From the NCBI GenBank assembly GCA_012295275.1, contig CM022676.1:14632001-14696000 (forward strand): DNA of 64,000 nt, read 5' to 3'. Position numbers and translations under genes: made by a program. This document shows, in pieces, positions 39,790 through 53,912 of this stretch. The stretch's first letter is position 1; each line of letters opens with the position of its first letter. Origin of the DNA: Chrysomallon squamiferum. Taxonomy: Eukaryota; Animalia; Mollusca. The notes below the pieces were generated by a model that was given only the letters and a program-made list of their open reading frames with translations, was not told where the DNA came from and did no database searches.

Positions 39790-40075
39790 AATTAGTTGTA
39801 TTAATACTACCAATTGTATTAGTTATAGTAGTAGTAATGGTAGTCGCAGTAATAGTCGTAGTAATGTTAGTAGTTATAGTACTCGTAGTTGTAGTACTGC
39901 AGTACAGCAATAGTAGTAGTTTTAGCAGTAGTAATAATACTGATAGTAGTAATAGTGGTTGTTGTAGTAGTAGCAGCAGCAGGAGTAATATTTGTAACTG
40001 TTGTAATAATCGCAGTAGCAGCAAAAGTGTTATCAACAGCTGTAGTAAAAGTAGCACTAGTAATAGTAGTTGTAT
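39790..40075 (+). repeat. Degenerate (GTA)n low-complexity tract (mirrored at about 60735-61020)
   Basis: Direct reading. Confidence 0.85.
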
Positions 40076-40250
40076 TTTATATTTGCATTTGTTTTATTAT
40101 TATTATTATTATTTGATTTTTATTTCAAATGTTTTAAATTGCATGGAGCTATTGAATCAAATTTATCAATGTACCCTTATTAAATAATTGCATTTATTTT
40201 CATTTGTTTGCTTATTAATGTTTTCTATGCTGGAGTGTAAATATATTATT

Positions 40251-40324
<74 letters not shown>

Positions 40325-41135
40325 ATATATATATATACATGTGTAAATATATATCTGTGTGTTTATAAATATATATATATAAAGTTAACTTTGTATTAAA
40401 AACAACAAAAAGAACGGATACATATTTGGGCCGAAGATTAAGAACACACGTCCATACACACACACACACAAACACACACCACTGCCATGTCAATTTTTGC
40501 GTACTTGTTTGCGTAGAATATTTGAAAATACATCAATTTAATAATTAAAGACAAATTATTGTTAAGGTTATTAGGGTAGATTTTACTTTTTATTCATCTG
40601 ACCTACTTAAAATGTATATTTTTTTTAAGGTTGGAGCAAATTTTCGCAACTGAACATCGAAACAATGTTTCTTTCTATTTTTTTTTATTTCCTATTATTA
40701 GTTTTTTTTCTTTTACTTTTTTTTACATTTTGACTGACTTTGTGGAGTCTATGTATACAGATAGATAACGTGTTTTCAGTTTAATTAGACGTTATTTTTT
40801 CTAAAGAGATCAGTGATTCAGTAATTATTTTTCGCGTTGCTTTACTTTTCATTTAGAAATATAATAAAAGTAATATTATTAATTTTCCTTGTACTGCCAC
40901 CCCTACTATGTATAATTTTGTTATTGTTTTTATTATTGTTGTTGTTATTATTTATTTGTTTATTTATTTATTTATTTGTTAACATGTTTATTTATATATT
41001 TGCTTATTATATATATATATTTGCTTCTTGTTTATTTATATATATATATTTATTTATTATTATTTTTTTTAAATTTATTTCTTGTTCATTTTTTTCTACT
41101 TATTTATGGTTTCTATGCTGGCGTGTAAATGTGTT

Positions 41136-41205
<70 letters not shown>

Positions 41206-41218
41206 AGCTGACGTTATA

Positions 41219-41400
41219 CTAAAGTAATCTTTATCTCTAGGTAATAAATTTAAGACAACTAAGTAAACTTTAGTGTTGACAAAACAGATTAGATTTCTAT
41301 CTATCTATTTTAGTTTACTTTGGAGTAAAGTAATCTTTATCTCAGGGTAATAAATTTAAGTCAACTAAGTAAACTTTAGTCTAGACAAAACAGATTAGTA
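41219..41400 (+). repeat. Local direct duplication of about 75 bp (mirrored at about 60088-60270)
   Basis: AAAGTAATCTTTATCTC..GGTAATAAATTTAAG.CAACTAAGTAAACTTTAGT...GACAAAACAGATTAG occurs twice. Confidence 0.8.
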
Positions 41401-41979
41401 GGACATGTTCTCAGTAACACGTGTTTCAAAAATAAGCTGAAGAGAGATCACAAACATTTCAAAACTTGTATAAATGTTCAGTCTTTCAGTACAGAATATC
41501 GTTATTCATATGCAAACAAGTTTAAATAGATGAAGCACAGAAAATTTACAATATTAAACAATGATAAATTTGATCACAAAAAACTTATTATTATTATTAC
41601 CTGAATTTTATTTCAAATATTTTAAATTACATTAAACGAAATTATTGCTGTGTAACTAGTGTTATCTTGAGTACCAACTAAGATTAAAGATTTATTTTAA
41701 GAAGTGTTTTATCTGGGTCAGTCACGAGGTCATCAGGTTCTTGGAGAGAGAAACATTTGATATCAATATCAGGTCTGTATTCAAACCACTGTATTGTTAG
41801 AAAATTAGTTATAACACTGACATATTATTATTATACATTCTGATTCTTTCCTATAAGTCATACAGACATGAAAATAAACCTTTCTTAAAAATAGTAATAT
41901 TCAACATTCTTCATGATTTTTTCGCACTTTGCAATAATTTTAGATTCTGCAAAAGGGGAAGTGATAGGGCTGCTTGATC

Positions 41980-42084
<105 letters not shown>

Positions 42085-42484
42085 GTCATAAGCAGTGGAT
42101 ATCTAAATAAAAACAATTACTAAATAAAACGGCAGAAATTGGAATAATCAGCCAAGTCGTGAAGCCGCTTTGTCTCTCACAGGCGAGGTTCGAGCAGTGT
42201 CACCAAAATTACAATAAAAGTAAACCTGAGCATGTCGAGAAGTCTGACTTGTTTTTACAGATAGTTTCTTTGTTCATCACAGCACTGATGATTGTGTAAC
42301 CAAACCAATCTTCTTTTAATGATTCAAATTAAACCAGAAGCTGATTTTATTTCTTTTCGAAAGTGTATTAAATAACTCATTTCAGATTCTTTAATGTTAT
42401 ATTTATGGACGAAACATGTAATGTAGATGATGTACATATATTACGTGTTCATGGCAACAGTAGTAGACGTATTTCAAGACTAAT

Positions 42485-42517
<33 letters not shown>

Positions 42518-42796
42518 CAATGTAATAATTACAGCTATATTTGCCAATTATAGTTTTGCTATAAACATTTTCATTGTTTTTTTTATTTGTCAGTGTTTAT
42601 ATTTTCTTGTTTTCATCTATTTACAATACTGAAGACATCGCTGCCCGTTTTGTCACACATAAAAATGAATCATTTGTACTTTTTTTATTTTTCTGTGTTC
42701 ATTTCCTCTCAAGACTTTTCAAATAATGCTAGAGGTTCTTAATTATATTACTAAACGTATTTTGTACCAATACTGCATCAGTAATAATAATAGTAA

Positions 42797-42857
<61 letters not shown>

Positions 42858-43529
42858 AGAAATAATAATAATAATGTCTGAAGAAAATATTTAACTTTTT
42901 GTCTGTGATAAAGGTTAACACGGATATCATGGATAAACTGCATTTGTATGTATATGTAAGTATACGCAAGTGTTTACCTATGTATGAATATACACAAATA
43001 TTAACGTAGCGGCTAGTGGCGTAAAAATGTTTACATCTTCTGCCTGTAAAATGTAACTTGTTATATGGTTGATGATTCGGTCTGCCTAATCTGTTAAAAG
43101 TCGTTACTTCCCCTTTGAAGATGGACTAACTATCACCTCCGGAGCAATTGGTTTTACGAGTTTTTGTTTGGCAGAATGATCTGGCGGCAGACATCTAGCG
43201 GCAAGGTTCAAACCGCTTTGACAGATAACTCGAGTTAACTTTTTGAATAAGACAGACAACGTTTTGAATAAAACAACGTTTTCTTTTCAATTTTATTTTT
43301 TTCATATTTGTTTAGGGGAACTGTGGAACGATTCCAGTGGAACGGTCGCTTTCTACAGAACATTCAGTAAGTGTTCAGACTGGACCTGTGTAACTACTTA
43401 TATATGTGTGCGTGCGTGTGTGTGTGTTAGTGTGTTTGTGTGTCTGTTTGTGTGCTGTTCTCCTTGCATAACCGTTTTGTGATTATTGACACAGATTATT
43501 GTAGCACTTTACTCCTATAATGAATACAA

Positions 43530-43765
43530 ACATACATATATACATCCATCCATACATACATACATACATACATACATACATACATACATACATACATACA
43601 TCCATCCATCCATCCATACATACATACATACATACATACATACATACATACATACATACATCCATCCATCCATCCATCCATCCATCCATCCATCCATCCA
43701 TACATACATACATACATACATACATACATACATACATACATACATACATACATACATGCATACAT
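43530..43765 (+). repeat. Compound (CATA)n/(CATC)n microsatellite (shorter paralogues at 13365-13512 and 57885-57925)
   Basis: Direct reading. Length differs strongly among the three block-Y copies. Confidence 0.95.
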
Positions 43766-44749
43766 GGATCCTTATCGGAGACTCCGAGAGTCAAGTCAAC
43801 TACGTTATTAACCTGCCCGAGACAGAAATATATTACATCTGACTGGAATGTCTATCAAAGAGGTAAAGCGTCCATAGAGTGACTTGTGTCCTTCTAAAAA
43901 AAAACCACTACAAATATATTCTGCGTATAAGTCACATAAAATATATGGTGTTTTTGCAACAACACGTTACAAATGTATCCTCCATATAGAAAGAGAAATC
44001 TTCCATGGATTGACTGGTGTCCTTGTGAATATACTAAAACTGTACAGTGTGTATCATGGTACGTACTGAACGTATGAGTCTGTGACGCTCGCACTATTAA
44101 TACTCAGTTTAAAAAAAAAAAAAAAAAAAAAAAAACAACAACAAAGAAACACAAAACAAAGTAAAGTTTCAGTTCAAATCTGATCATAACCAGAACTGCA
44201 AAACTAATTGTAACGTGAATAAAACAGACAGCTTAGCTTTAGGTATAATATTTAATATTATTTAGTATTTCCTAAGAGAAAACGACTTTGACCAGTGATA
44301 CATCACTATCTGAAAGACAAATCCTAAGTCAGAGCAGATCGTAAACCTAACATTAATCCTGACTTACGCTGAATTAGCTATTATTCTGGTATCAATATTT
44401 TCAATAATCCCGAATGAAACCATAACACTAACCTTAAATCTGATCATAGGATTAAATGTAATCTGATCCCGCCACTAATACCTGCACTGAATTAACTGCA
44501 TTTACCGAAAGCACCTGACTATTCCACTAATCCTTATGTGATCTTTCCACAGTTCTTAGCCTAATTCAAGTTTAAACCGTAATTTTAAAAGTAAAACAAT
44601 CATTTTCTTAATTCTAACGCTACATGTACATGTATCTGATTTGATGGATGAATGAATATTGAATGAAATGAAGAAAAATGAATTGGTCGAAAACAAAAAT
44701 AAACAAAATTGTATGTGTCATTACAGTGAGTGTTATATGATCAACGTTA

Positions 44750-45125
44750 TTTGCTACATACAACACATCTTTGTGTAGTAACTTTACTCACACTCACAGG
44801 ATTGAACCACAGACCTGTCAGTATGTAACAAGAAGATTAGTTCACTTGCTACATACAACACATCTTTGTGTAGTAACTTTATTACACTGACAGGGATTGA
44901 ACCACAGACCTGTCAGTATGTAATATAACATTAGTTCACTTGTTATACAACACATCTTTGTGTAGTAACTTTATTACACTCAAAGGATTGAACCACAGAC
45001 TGTCAGTGTGTAATATAACATTAGTTCTCTTGATATATACAACACATCTTTGTGTAGTTACTTTATTACACTGAAAGGGATTGAACCACCGACCTGTCAG
45101 TATGTAATAAGAATATTAGTTCAGC
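44750..45125. repeat. 94-bp tandem repeat, 4 units
   Basis: Same unit as 14497-14690, repeated four times. Confidence 0.9.
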
Positions 45126-45232
45126 ACAACATACCTAACTTTGTAATACATGGAAGAAAATATATCGAAAACAGAAGTAAATAAATAAATAAACAATAAA
45201 AGTTAATAATAATAATAATAATAAAAATAACT

Positions 45233-45299
<67 letters not shown>

Positions 45300-46336
45300 C
45301 AGAGGCATGATGCACAGAGTTGTAAAATCTCTTTCATGTCTGAGTTTGCTTATCTCCCGATCCAACCAGTGTTTTTTGTTTTTTTTTGTTCTTTTATTTT
45401 AAAGCTTTTCTCTTGAATTTCTCCCACAACAACATTTATTCTTTCTGCACAGAAGAGAAAAAGATGACCAAACAAATATAATTAAAACATTTATTTCTAT
45501 ACCTCTATATTTTGTTTACATTTTTAACAAATTAAATAGAAATTATATTTTTATGTATACACAAATTGACAACTTCTAATGTTATGTCTAATGAATATTG
45601 TATACAATACAATTTACTAGCATATCTATTTTACATAAATCTAAATAAAAGAACACAGACAAATGAATCAAATAGCAGTTCTTAAGTTCATATCTAACAA
45701 ACAGTAAACACATAATTTACCTTATTAGTTTTGTGACAAAATCTAAAACATAATTTATAATGTTTCTTTACAGACTAATGTTATTTAGACATTTAGATAC
45801 TTTGTATGTCATGGGAATTAATTTAGAGAGAAAACAAAATAAACAGACAAAGACGGGAACAAAATTAATTACAAAAATCATTAAGTTTTTTGGCCTCCTG
45901 GTTAGTGAATACTGAACGATATAAAATTTACATTGATATTTAAAATAAAATAAAATACAACTTCTTGTCTAATAGATATTAAAAATGTACACATCTTTAA
46001 CAATAAGACACATCCATTTTAAAGGAGACAAAAAATATATGAGAAAATTTTCGAATATAGAATTAACACATTTAGATATTGACATATTTCATCTATTATA
46101 TGACAGTTTAAACAATACATTAAATAAACAAATAAACAATCTATATTAAATAAATAAATAAATCAATAAATAAATAAAGCAATGAGCTGTTTATGTACAC
46201 TATACACGTGTCTGTTTGACAGAAGCCAGTCCATTAGAAACTTTCAAATAAAGTGTATGACGTCATCACTGCTGCCTGACGTCATAGGAAATACAATATG
46301 TAAAAATAAAAATAAGTAAATAAATATATAAATAAA

Positions 46337-47666
46337 TCAATAAATAAATAAATAAATAAGGAAATAAATAAATAAATAAATAAATAAAAATAAAAATATG
46401 AGACCAGTGATGACTAAAAGTGACAGTGTTTGAACGATGTTGTTTTTTACACTAAAAAATAACAAAGCACGTATTTGTCCGTCTGTCACATCTGTACGAA
46501 CTCGTCTGTCACTGTGTTTAGATTTGTGTGACATAGAAAATGTACAAACAAAAGAGTCTACAACAATTTTTGATTTACCTTCAGCTCCACACAATCTGAC
46601 TCGTCCCTTAACATTAACAAACAAGCTGTACCCTGTGTCTTTAGTAATCTTCACTGGACAACTGAACACGACGTCATACACGTCAGACACGTTTTCATAT
46701 CTCTGTGTCAGTGCAGACCCGACCAGTATTTCGTCTGTTCTTGTGTCAGTGACGAAGGCGCTGACTTCGTAGTTTGAATCGTAACCGTACAACTGAAATC
46801 CACGAAGTAAAGCGTTTTTGTTTACAGAGAAAGTAATGGCGTCATCTACTTCACCAGAACATGACAACCAGCAACCAAATACTCCAAACCCTTTACCACA
46901 CGTACCAAACCTGTTTATTTTAATCTGTGTTTTAGGAATCTCTGCAGTTCTCTTGTTTGAGTTAAAAGGTGAAACATCTTCATCTGGACAAAGGAAATGT
47001 TTTGTAATTTTGAGTTCTTCTGTCTCACTGAGTATGTGAGTGGGTGTCACGTGTTTTACAAAATACGTCTGATCGAGTAATGGATAACGCACGTGCTTCA
47101 CGACCTCTCCCAGTGCTTCGCGCATGTTTTTTTCACTCGTCGTCTTCCCTTGCTTCCTGCACGCGCTGTCAGCCCACTTCACAGCGGCTTCAAAAACATT
47201 TTTCTCGTCTGCTGTCAGTTCGTCTGATCGTACGATCTCAACCAGACATTCGTGACAAAGATCGCTGACTTCATCTGACTTCAAAACTTCGTCGCCATTT
47301 TTCAAAATGTAGTCCAGACTTTTTCTCCTTAGAGAATGTTCATCAAACAGGTGAGCTTGTTCCAGCACGACGCACGCATTATGTGACGACAACGACGACT
47401 CCAAATAATGTGTGCATTCATCTTCAAGTGTTGTGATGATGTACTTCCTAGACAGATACAGCAGACCGGTGACGTTGTCGCCTCTTAGGACGACGTCATC
47501 CGTGTAAAGATATCTGTGTAAAAGAAGTAAAGTAAGACTTTAAAATGTGAGATAACAACGTGAGTTCAATTAATTAGATTACTAACAAAAACTGTATTGT
47601 TATCAATGTTTCTGTATGTATGTATGTCTCTGTTCCTCACTGTGTTCGTACGTGTGTTTCGATGTC

Positions 47667-47730
<64 letters not shown>

Positions 47731-47996
47731 TTAACATACTTTAGAAACTCTGAGAAGATTTCTGCCTTCACATCCGGTACTCTGATATTTGACTGTTCGC
47801 GAAGTTCCCCAGTAAACATTTGATGGAAAACTTCGCTTCGAATCATGAGTATGAACCGATGCGCATCAATTGTCGTTTTATGTTCTCCCACTACAAATGT
47901 GATATCACTGTCAGCTTTCGTACGAAAAACGTGTTCAATACACTGAGTTAATTTCTTCCCTGTCTGCCAACTTGTAATTTCAGCTGATGTGGCCAT
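46337..47996 (-). CDS. BTB/POZ-BACK-PHR domain protein (BTBD3/BTBD6-like), copy B, 477 aa as assembled; complement(join(46337..47513,47740..47996))
   Basis: Same 257-nt exon 1, GT-AG intron (47514-47739) and domain motifs as copy C. One extra T in a homopolymer (46454-46459) bypasses the TAA used by A and C (46447-46449) and extends the C-terminus. Confidence 0.85.
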
Positions 47997-48016
47997 GTTT
48001 TCACTACAAACAAACG

Positions 48017-48064
<48 letters not shown>

Positions 48065-48635
48065 GAAAGGGAAAAAGAAATTGTACAGACAGAACTGTAA
48101 AAATTCTTAGAGCAAACCAATAAGATAAAAAAAAATAGTTTATGCTTATAGTAGCGATTATTATGATGGTGACGACGACAACAACATTCATTATTATTAT
48201 CATTATTATTATAAACAGACGTGTTTGGTCAGTCAGGTAAATACTATCTCACTGTGGGACAAACGGTTTTCAAATTGCAATGACCTTATGGTTATTTATA
48301 CCAATTTACTCATCGAAAGACAACAAAATTATCAATCAACATCTAAATAGAAAAATTATGTGAGAAAAAGGTAAGAAAGTAACAAAAACAAAGGAACACG
48401 ATGCAATGTTTCTAAAGTAGAAACAATATAAAATTCGTTGTAATTTCAATATGGCTACCTACCTCACAACTTTCTGATCGATAATTTCGGATACGCGACT
48501 ACTTTCTGTTTAACCTCAACTATAGAGCTCAGGTATAACCGATCTAAAAATAAAATAGCTAACATATATCAAAAGCCGTCAATAAATAATAACTTATTAC
48601 ATAAGGGCTGTAATGGGGTAGTAATAGTAGTAGTA

Positions 48636-48697
<62 letters not shown>

Positions 48698-49169
48698 CAT
48701 AATAATAATAATAATAAAAATATACTGAAGATAAGTTTAAAATGTTTATGCTCTTGTGGCATTTAGAACGATGTGACAAATTCACTGTTAATACATTGTG
48801 CCTTTGTCTATATTGTGAGAAGACAAATAATTTAAATAAGGACACTACATACAAACACAACAACAACCGGATTAGTTCCAATAAACCAAATAGATAGGAA
48901 ATAGAAAAATAATACAGATAACATTAGATAATAATATTATTAAATTCTTCATACGTAAGATTCATGCACCAGAATCGTAAATACAATTTCGCTATCTGAC
49001 AACACATTTTCAAGTCAGGCTTTACGTAACGTTTTCCATGTCAACATAAAAGAACACCTCACACTATAATGACCTATTTGTTAGAGAACTAACTCTGATA
49101 TACCTAAAAATAATCAAACTAAGATCACTCGAATCGTTAAAACATAATACAATATAATATACAATCTGC

Positions 49170-49310
49170 TTTCAATATGGCCGACTTGTTTCACTTCTGC
49201 TTTGTTTACTTTTGGTTATCAGACTCCTGCACTGATAAACACGTGACTGACGTCAAATATCTTACACGTCATCATGTGTCACTTCTTAGGTTTGAATGTC
49301 AGATTAAAAT
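49170..49310 (-). promoter_or_regulatory. Candidate promoter of BTB copy B (CACGTG 49240-49245, TGACGTCA 49248-49255)
   Basis: Mirror of 52340-52485, CpG-containing island within AT-rich DNA. Confidence 0.45.
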
Positions 49311-50534
49311 AAACCATGTAAGAGACATGTACGCTCATCTTACACACATTTTATCTCAAAGTAGAAATATTAATTTTAGGTAGTCCTATTATATAACATT
49401 GTTTACATTTATGTTATAAAATGTATATAACAAAAACAACAACAGCATACAACGACCACAACAACAACAACAACAATAATAATAAGAAGAAGAATTAAAA
49501 AAAAAAAGGAAACAGAAGTGTAACTATTAGTTTAGAACTACTATTACTAATTTATTTATTCATGCAGTAAAATTAATGTTTATGGGTTGATTTATGTCTT
49601 GAAGAAACGTTTACATTCAGTTATGAATATATAATTTGTGGACAACCGATTTTCAAATTGTGATATAAGTAACGTTATTCAAACACAAACACATAATCGC
49701 GCTCATCCATTCATGTACCAGAGAGAGAGAGAGATACAAACACACACCAATATGGCTGCCTACCTTTAGAAACTTCTTGGTCGAGAATTTCATAGAGGGA
49801 ATAATTTCTGTTTGACGGTTTTTTCTATAGATCAATGGAACGACGAATCTAAAAATAAATAAGTAAATAAATAGAAATATTACATGTTGCTGATATATTT
49901 TAAGCAGATAATAGCACAGTATATATTAAATCACAATGAAATGCAAACTACCTTCAAATCTCAAAATGGCTGTCTGCTTACACAAAATACGTCCTTGTTT
50001 GTGAGTGGTTTTACTGGAGCTGACAACGTCTGGAAATAATTTCTGTGTGTCGCTGTTAATAAACGTGTCTGCTGATAACCACGTGACTGAAATCTGATGT
50101 CTACAACTCAGAAATGCGTGTGACGGTGGATGTATGCACATCTTTTTATAAGTATAATTTGTGAAGCGTAATGTAACATGCATATTTTAAACCTGTTACA
50201 GAAACAAAGCGTTATATAATTTGTCCTTACTTATTTTGTCTGTGAAATATTTATATACATTTCTCACACAGTATACTGATGAAAAACGTGTATCGCTAAC
50301 AAGTGTCTGTATTTAGGTCAGACAAAAATAGTGTGCTAATAGTACTGGCGACAAAAACATTATACCTCGGATCGTGAAAATGTGGGACACTCTTTTATTT
50401 GTACATATTCTGAGTCAAAGCGATCCAACTACCGATGTGACAAATACCACCTTTATTACAGTTATATATATATGTATGTATGTATATACAACAAAAACGT
50501 TCAAATCCTAATACTTATTCTGATCATTTTAGTA

Positions 50535-50734
50535 NNNNNNNNNNNNNNNNNNNNNNNNNNNNNNNNNNNNNNNNNNNNNNNNNNNNNNNNNNNNNNNNNN
50601 NNNNNNNNNNNNNNNNNNNNNNNNNNNNNNNNNNNNNNNNNNNNNNNNNNNNNNNNNNNNNNNNNNNNNNNNNNNNNNNNNNNNNNNNNNNNNNNNNNNN
50701 NNNNNNNNNNNNNNNNNNNNNNNNNNNNNNNNNN
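50535..50734. other. Assembly gap (200 N)
   Basis: A run of exactly 200 N, a round number typical of a scaffolding spacer of unknown true size. Confidence 0.99.
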
Positions 50735-51519
50735 AAGTATTAGGATTTGAACGTTTTTTGTTGTATATACATACATACATATATATATAACTGTAATAAA
50801 GGTGGTATTTGTCACATCGGTAGTTGGATCGCTTTGACTCAGAATATGTACAAATAAAAGAGTGTCCCACATTTTTCACGATCCGAGGTATAATGTTTCT
50901 TGTCGCCAGTACTATTAGCACACTATTTTTGTCTGACCTAAATACAGACACTTGTTAGCGACACGTTTTTCATCAGTATACTGTGTGAGAAATGTATATA
51001 AATATTTCACAGACAAAATAAGTAAGCACAAATTATATAACGCTTTGTTTCTGTAACAGGTTTAAAATATGCATGTTACATTACGCTTCACAAATTATAC
51101 TTATAAAAAGATGTGCATACATCCACCGTCACACGCATTTCGAGTTGTAGGACATCAGATTTCAGTCACGTGGTTATCAGCAGACACGTTTATTAACAGC
51201 GACACACAGAAATTATTTCCGTGACGTGTTGTCAGCTCCAGTAAAACCACTCACAAACAAGGACGTATTTTATGTAAGCAGACAGCCATTTTGAGATTTC
51301 AGGGTAGTTTCCATTTCATTGTGATTTAATATATACTGTGCTATTATCTGCTTAAAATATATCAGCAACATGTAATATTTCTATTTATTTACTTATTTAT
51401 TTTTAGATTCGTCGTTCCATTGATCTATAGAAAAACCGTCAAACAGAAATTATTCCCTTCTATGAAATTCTCGACCAAGAAGTTTCTAAAGGTAGGCAGC
51501 CATATTGCGTGTGTGTTTG

Positions 51520-51580
<61 letters not shown>

Positions 51581-52163
51581 GTATGAATGGATGAGCGCGC
51601 GATTATGTGTTTGTGTTTGAATAACGTTACTTATATCACAATTTGAAAATCGGTTGTCCACAAATTATATATTCATAACCGGAATGTAAACGTTTCTTCA
51701 AGACATAAAATCAACTCCATAAACATTAATTTTACTGCATGAATAAATAAATTAGTAATAGTAGTAGTTATAATAATAGTCATAGATGTAATAGTAGAAG
51801 TCCCAGTAGTAATTGTAGTAGAAGTAGTAGTAGATGTTTTAGTAATAGAAATAATAGTAGTTGTTGTTTTCTTAAACAGATTCCATTACCATCATCATTA
51901 TCATAATCATCATTCTAATATCGTCGTATGTACTTATAGCGGCTTATTCTATTTTTTGACCACTCCGTTATTTTATTTTATTTTATTTTGTGTTATTTCA
52001 TTTCTTTATATATTTACTTATTTATTTATTTATGTATTTATATCTACTCTCATTGATCAATAGTATAATAGTTCAACAGAAAGTACTCGCTTCTAAGAAA
52101 TTGCTTCTAAACTAATAGTTACTCCTATTTTTCGTTTTTATTTTGAATTATTATTACTATTAC

Positions 52164-52208
<45 letters not shown>

Positions 52209-52339
52209 CATTTTATAACATAAATAAAAACAATGCAAAGTAGTAGAACTACATTAAGTTAATCTAATCTTCTTTAATATTTCTACTTTGAGAAAAAATA
52301 TGTGTAAGATGGTTGTACATGTCTCATAGCACGATTTGT

Positions 52340-52485
52340 TTATTTTAATCTCACATTCAAACCTAAGAAGTGACACTTGATGACGTGTAAGATATTTGAC
52401 GTCAGTCACGTGTTTATCAGTGCAGGAGTCTGATAACGAAAAGTAAACAAGGCAGAACTGAAACAAGTCGGCCATATTGAAAGCA
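52340..52485 (+). promoter_or_regulatory. Candidate promoter of BTB copy C: CRE (TGACGTCA 52397-52404), E-box (CACGTG 52407-52412) and YY1-like GGCCATATTG
   Basis: The block is conserved upstream of all four paralogues (A about 18720-18860, B about 49170-49310, D about 37150-37260). An acceptor TTTGTAG lies 7 nt before the ATG, implying an upstream non-coding exon. Confidence 0.45.
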
Positions 52486-52914
52486 GATTATATATTATAT
52501 TGTATTATGTTTTAACGATTCGAGTGATCTTAGTTTGATTATTTTTAGTTCTCTAACAAATACATCATTATAGTGTGAGGTGTTCTTTTATAATGACATG
52601 GAAAACGATACGTAGAGCCTGACTTGAAAATGTGTTGTCAGATAGCGAAATTCTATTTACAATTCTGGTGTACGAATCTTACGTATGAACAATTTAATAA
52701 TATTATTATCTAATGTTATCTGTATTATTTTTCTATTTCCTTTTTATTTGGTTTATTGGAACTGATTCGGTTGTTGTTATGTTTGTATGTAGCGTCCTTA
52801 TTGAAATTATTTATCTTCTCACAATATAGACAAAGGCACAATGTATTAACAGTGAATTTGTCACATCGTTCTCAATGCCAAAAGAGCATAAACATTTTAA
52901 ACTTATCTTCAGTA

Positions 52915-52967
<53 letters not shown>

Positions 52968-53553
52968 TACTACTACTACCCCATTACAGCCCTTTTTTAA
53001 TAAGTTATTATTTATTGGCAGCTTTTCATATGTTAGCTATTTTATTTTTAGATCGGTTATACCTGCGCTCTATAGTTGAGGTTAAACAGAAAGTAGTCGC
53101 GAAATTGTCGATCAGAAAGTTTTGAGGTAGGTAGCCATATTGAAATTACAGTGAATTTTATATTGTTTCTACTTTAGAAACGTTGCATCATCATCCTTTA
53201 TTTTTCTTATTTTCTCACATTTTTCTCACATACATTTTGTATGTTGACTTTCGAGGAGTAAAATGGTATAAATAATCATAAGGACATTGCAATTTTAAAA
53301 CCGTTTGTCCCACAGTGAAATAGTACTTACCTGACTGTGACCAGACACGTTTGTTTATAATAATAATGATCATAATAATGAATGTTGTTGTCGTCGTCAC
53401 CATCACAGTAATCGCTAGTATAAGCATAAACTATTTATTTTTATCTTTTATCGATTTGCTATATATTTATCTTTTTTTTTTTTTTTTAATCTTATTATTT
53501 GTTGGCTCTAAGAATTGTTACATTTCTGTCTGTACAATTTCTTTTTCCCTTTC

Positions 53554-53592
<39 letters not shown>

Positions 53593-53612
53593 CGTTTGTT
53601 TGTAGTGAAAAC

Positions 53613-53876
53613 ATGGCCACATCATATGAAATCACAAGTTGGCAGACAGGGAAGAAATTAACTCAGTGTATTGAACACGTTTTTCGTACGAAAGCTGACA
53701 GTGATATCAGATTTCTAGTGGGAGAACATAAAACGACGATTGATGCGCATCGTTTCATACTCATGATTCGAAGCGAAGTTTTCCATCAAATGTTTAGTGG
53801 AGAACTTCGCGAACAGTCAAATATCAAAGTACCCGATGTGAAGGCAGAAATCTTCTCAGAATTTCTAAAGTATGTT

Positions 53877-53912
<36 letters not shown>

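Noticed and set aside
43483-43882. Stacked ORFs with HTYI/MYVC repeats, and SLSL/ERER ORFs elsewhere
   Set aside because: Tetranucleotide and dinucleotide microsatellite translations.
50382-50951. ORFs spanning the gap
   Set aside because: Artefacts of translating N.
53499-53612. Hydrophobic signal-peptide-like N-terminal extension on BTB exon-1 ORFs (also 17517-17780 and 47997-48203)
   Set aside because: It comes from an intronic (TTA)n run before the acceptor TTTGTAG. The true start is the conserved AAAACATGGC, which is shared with copy D.
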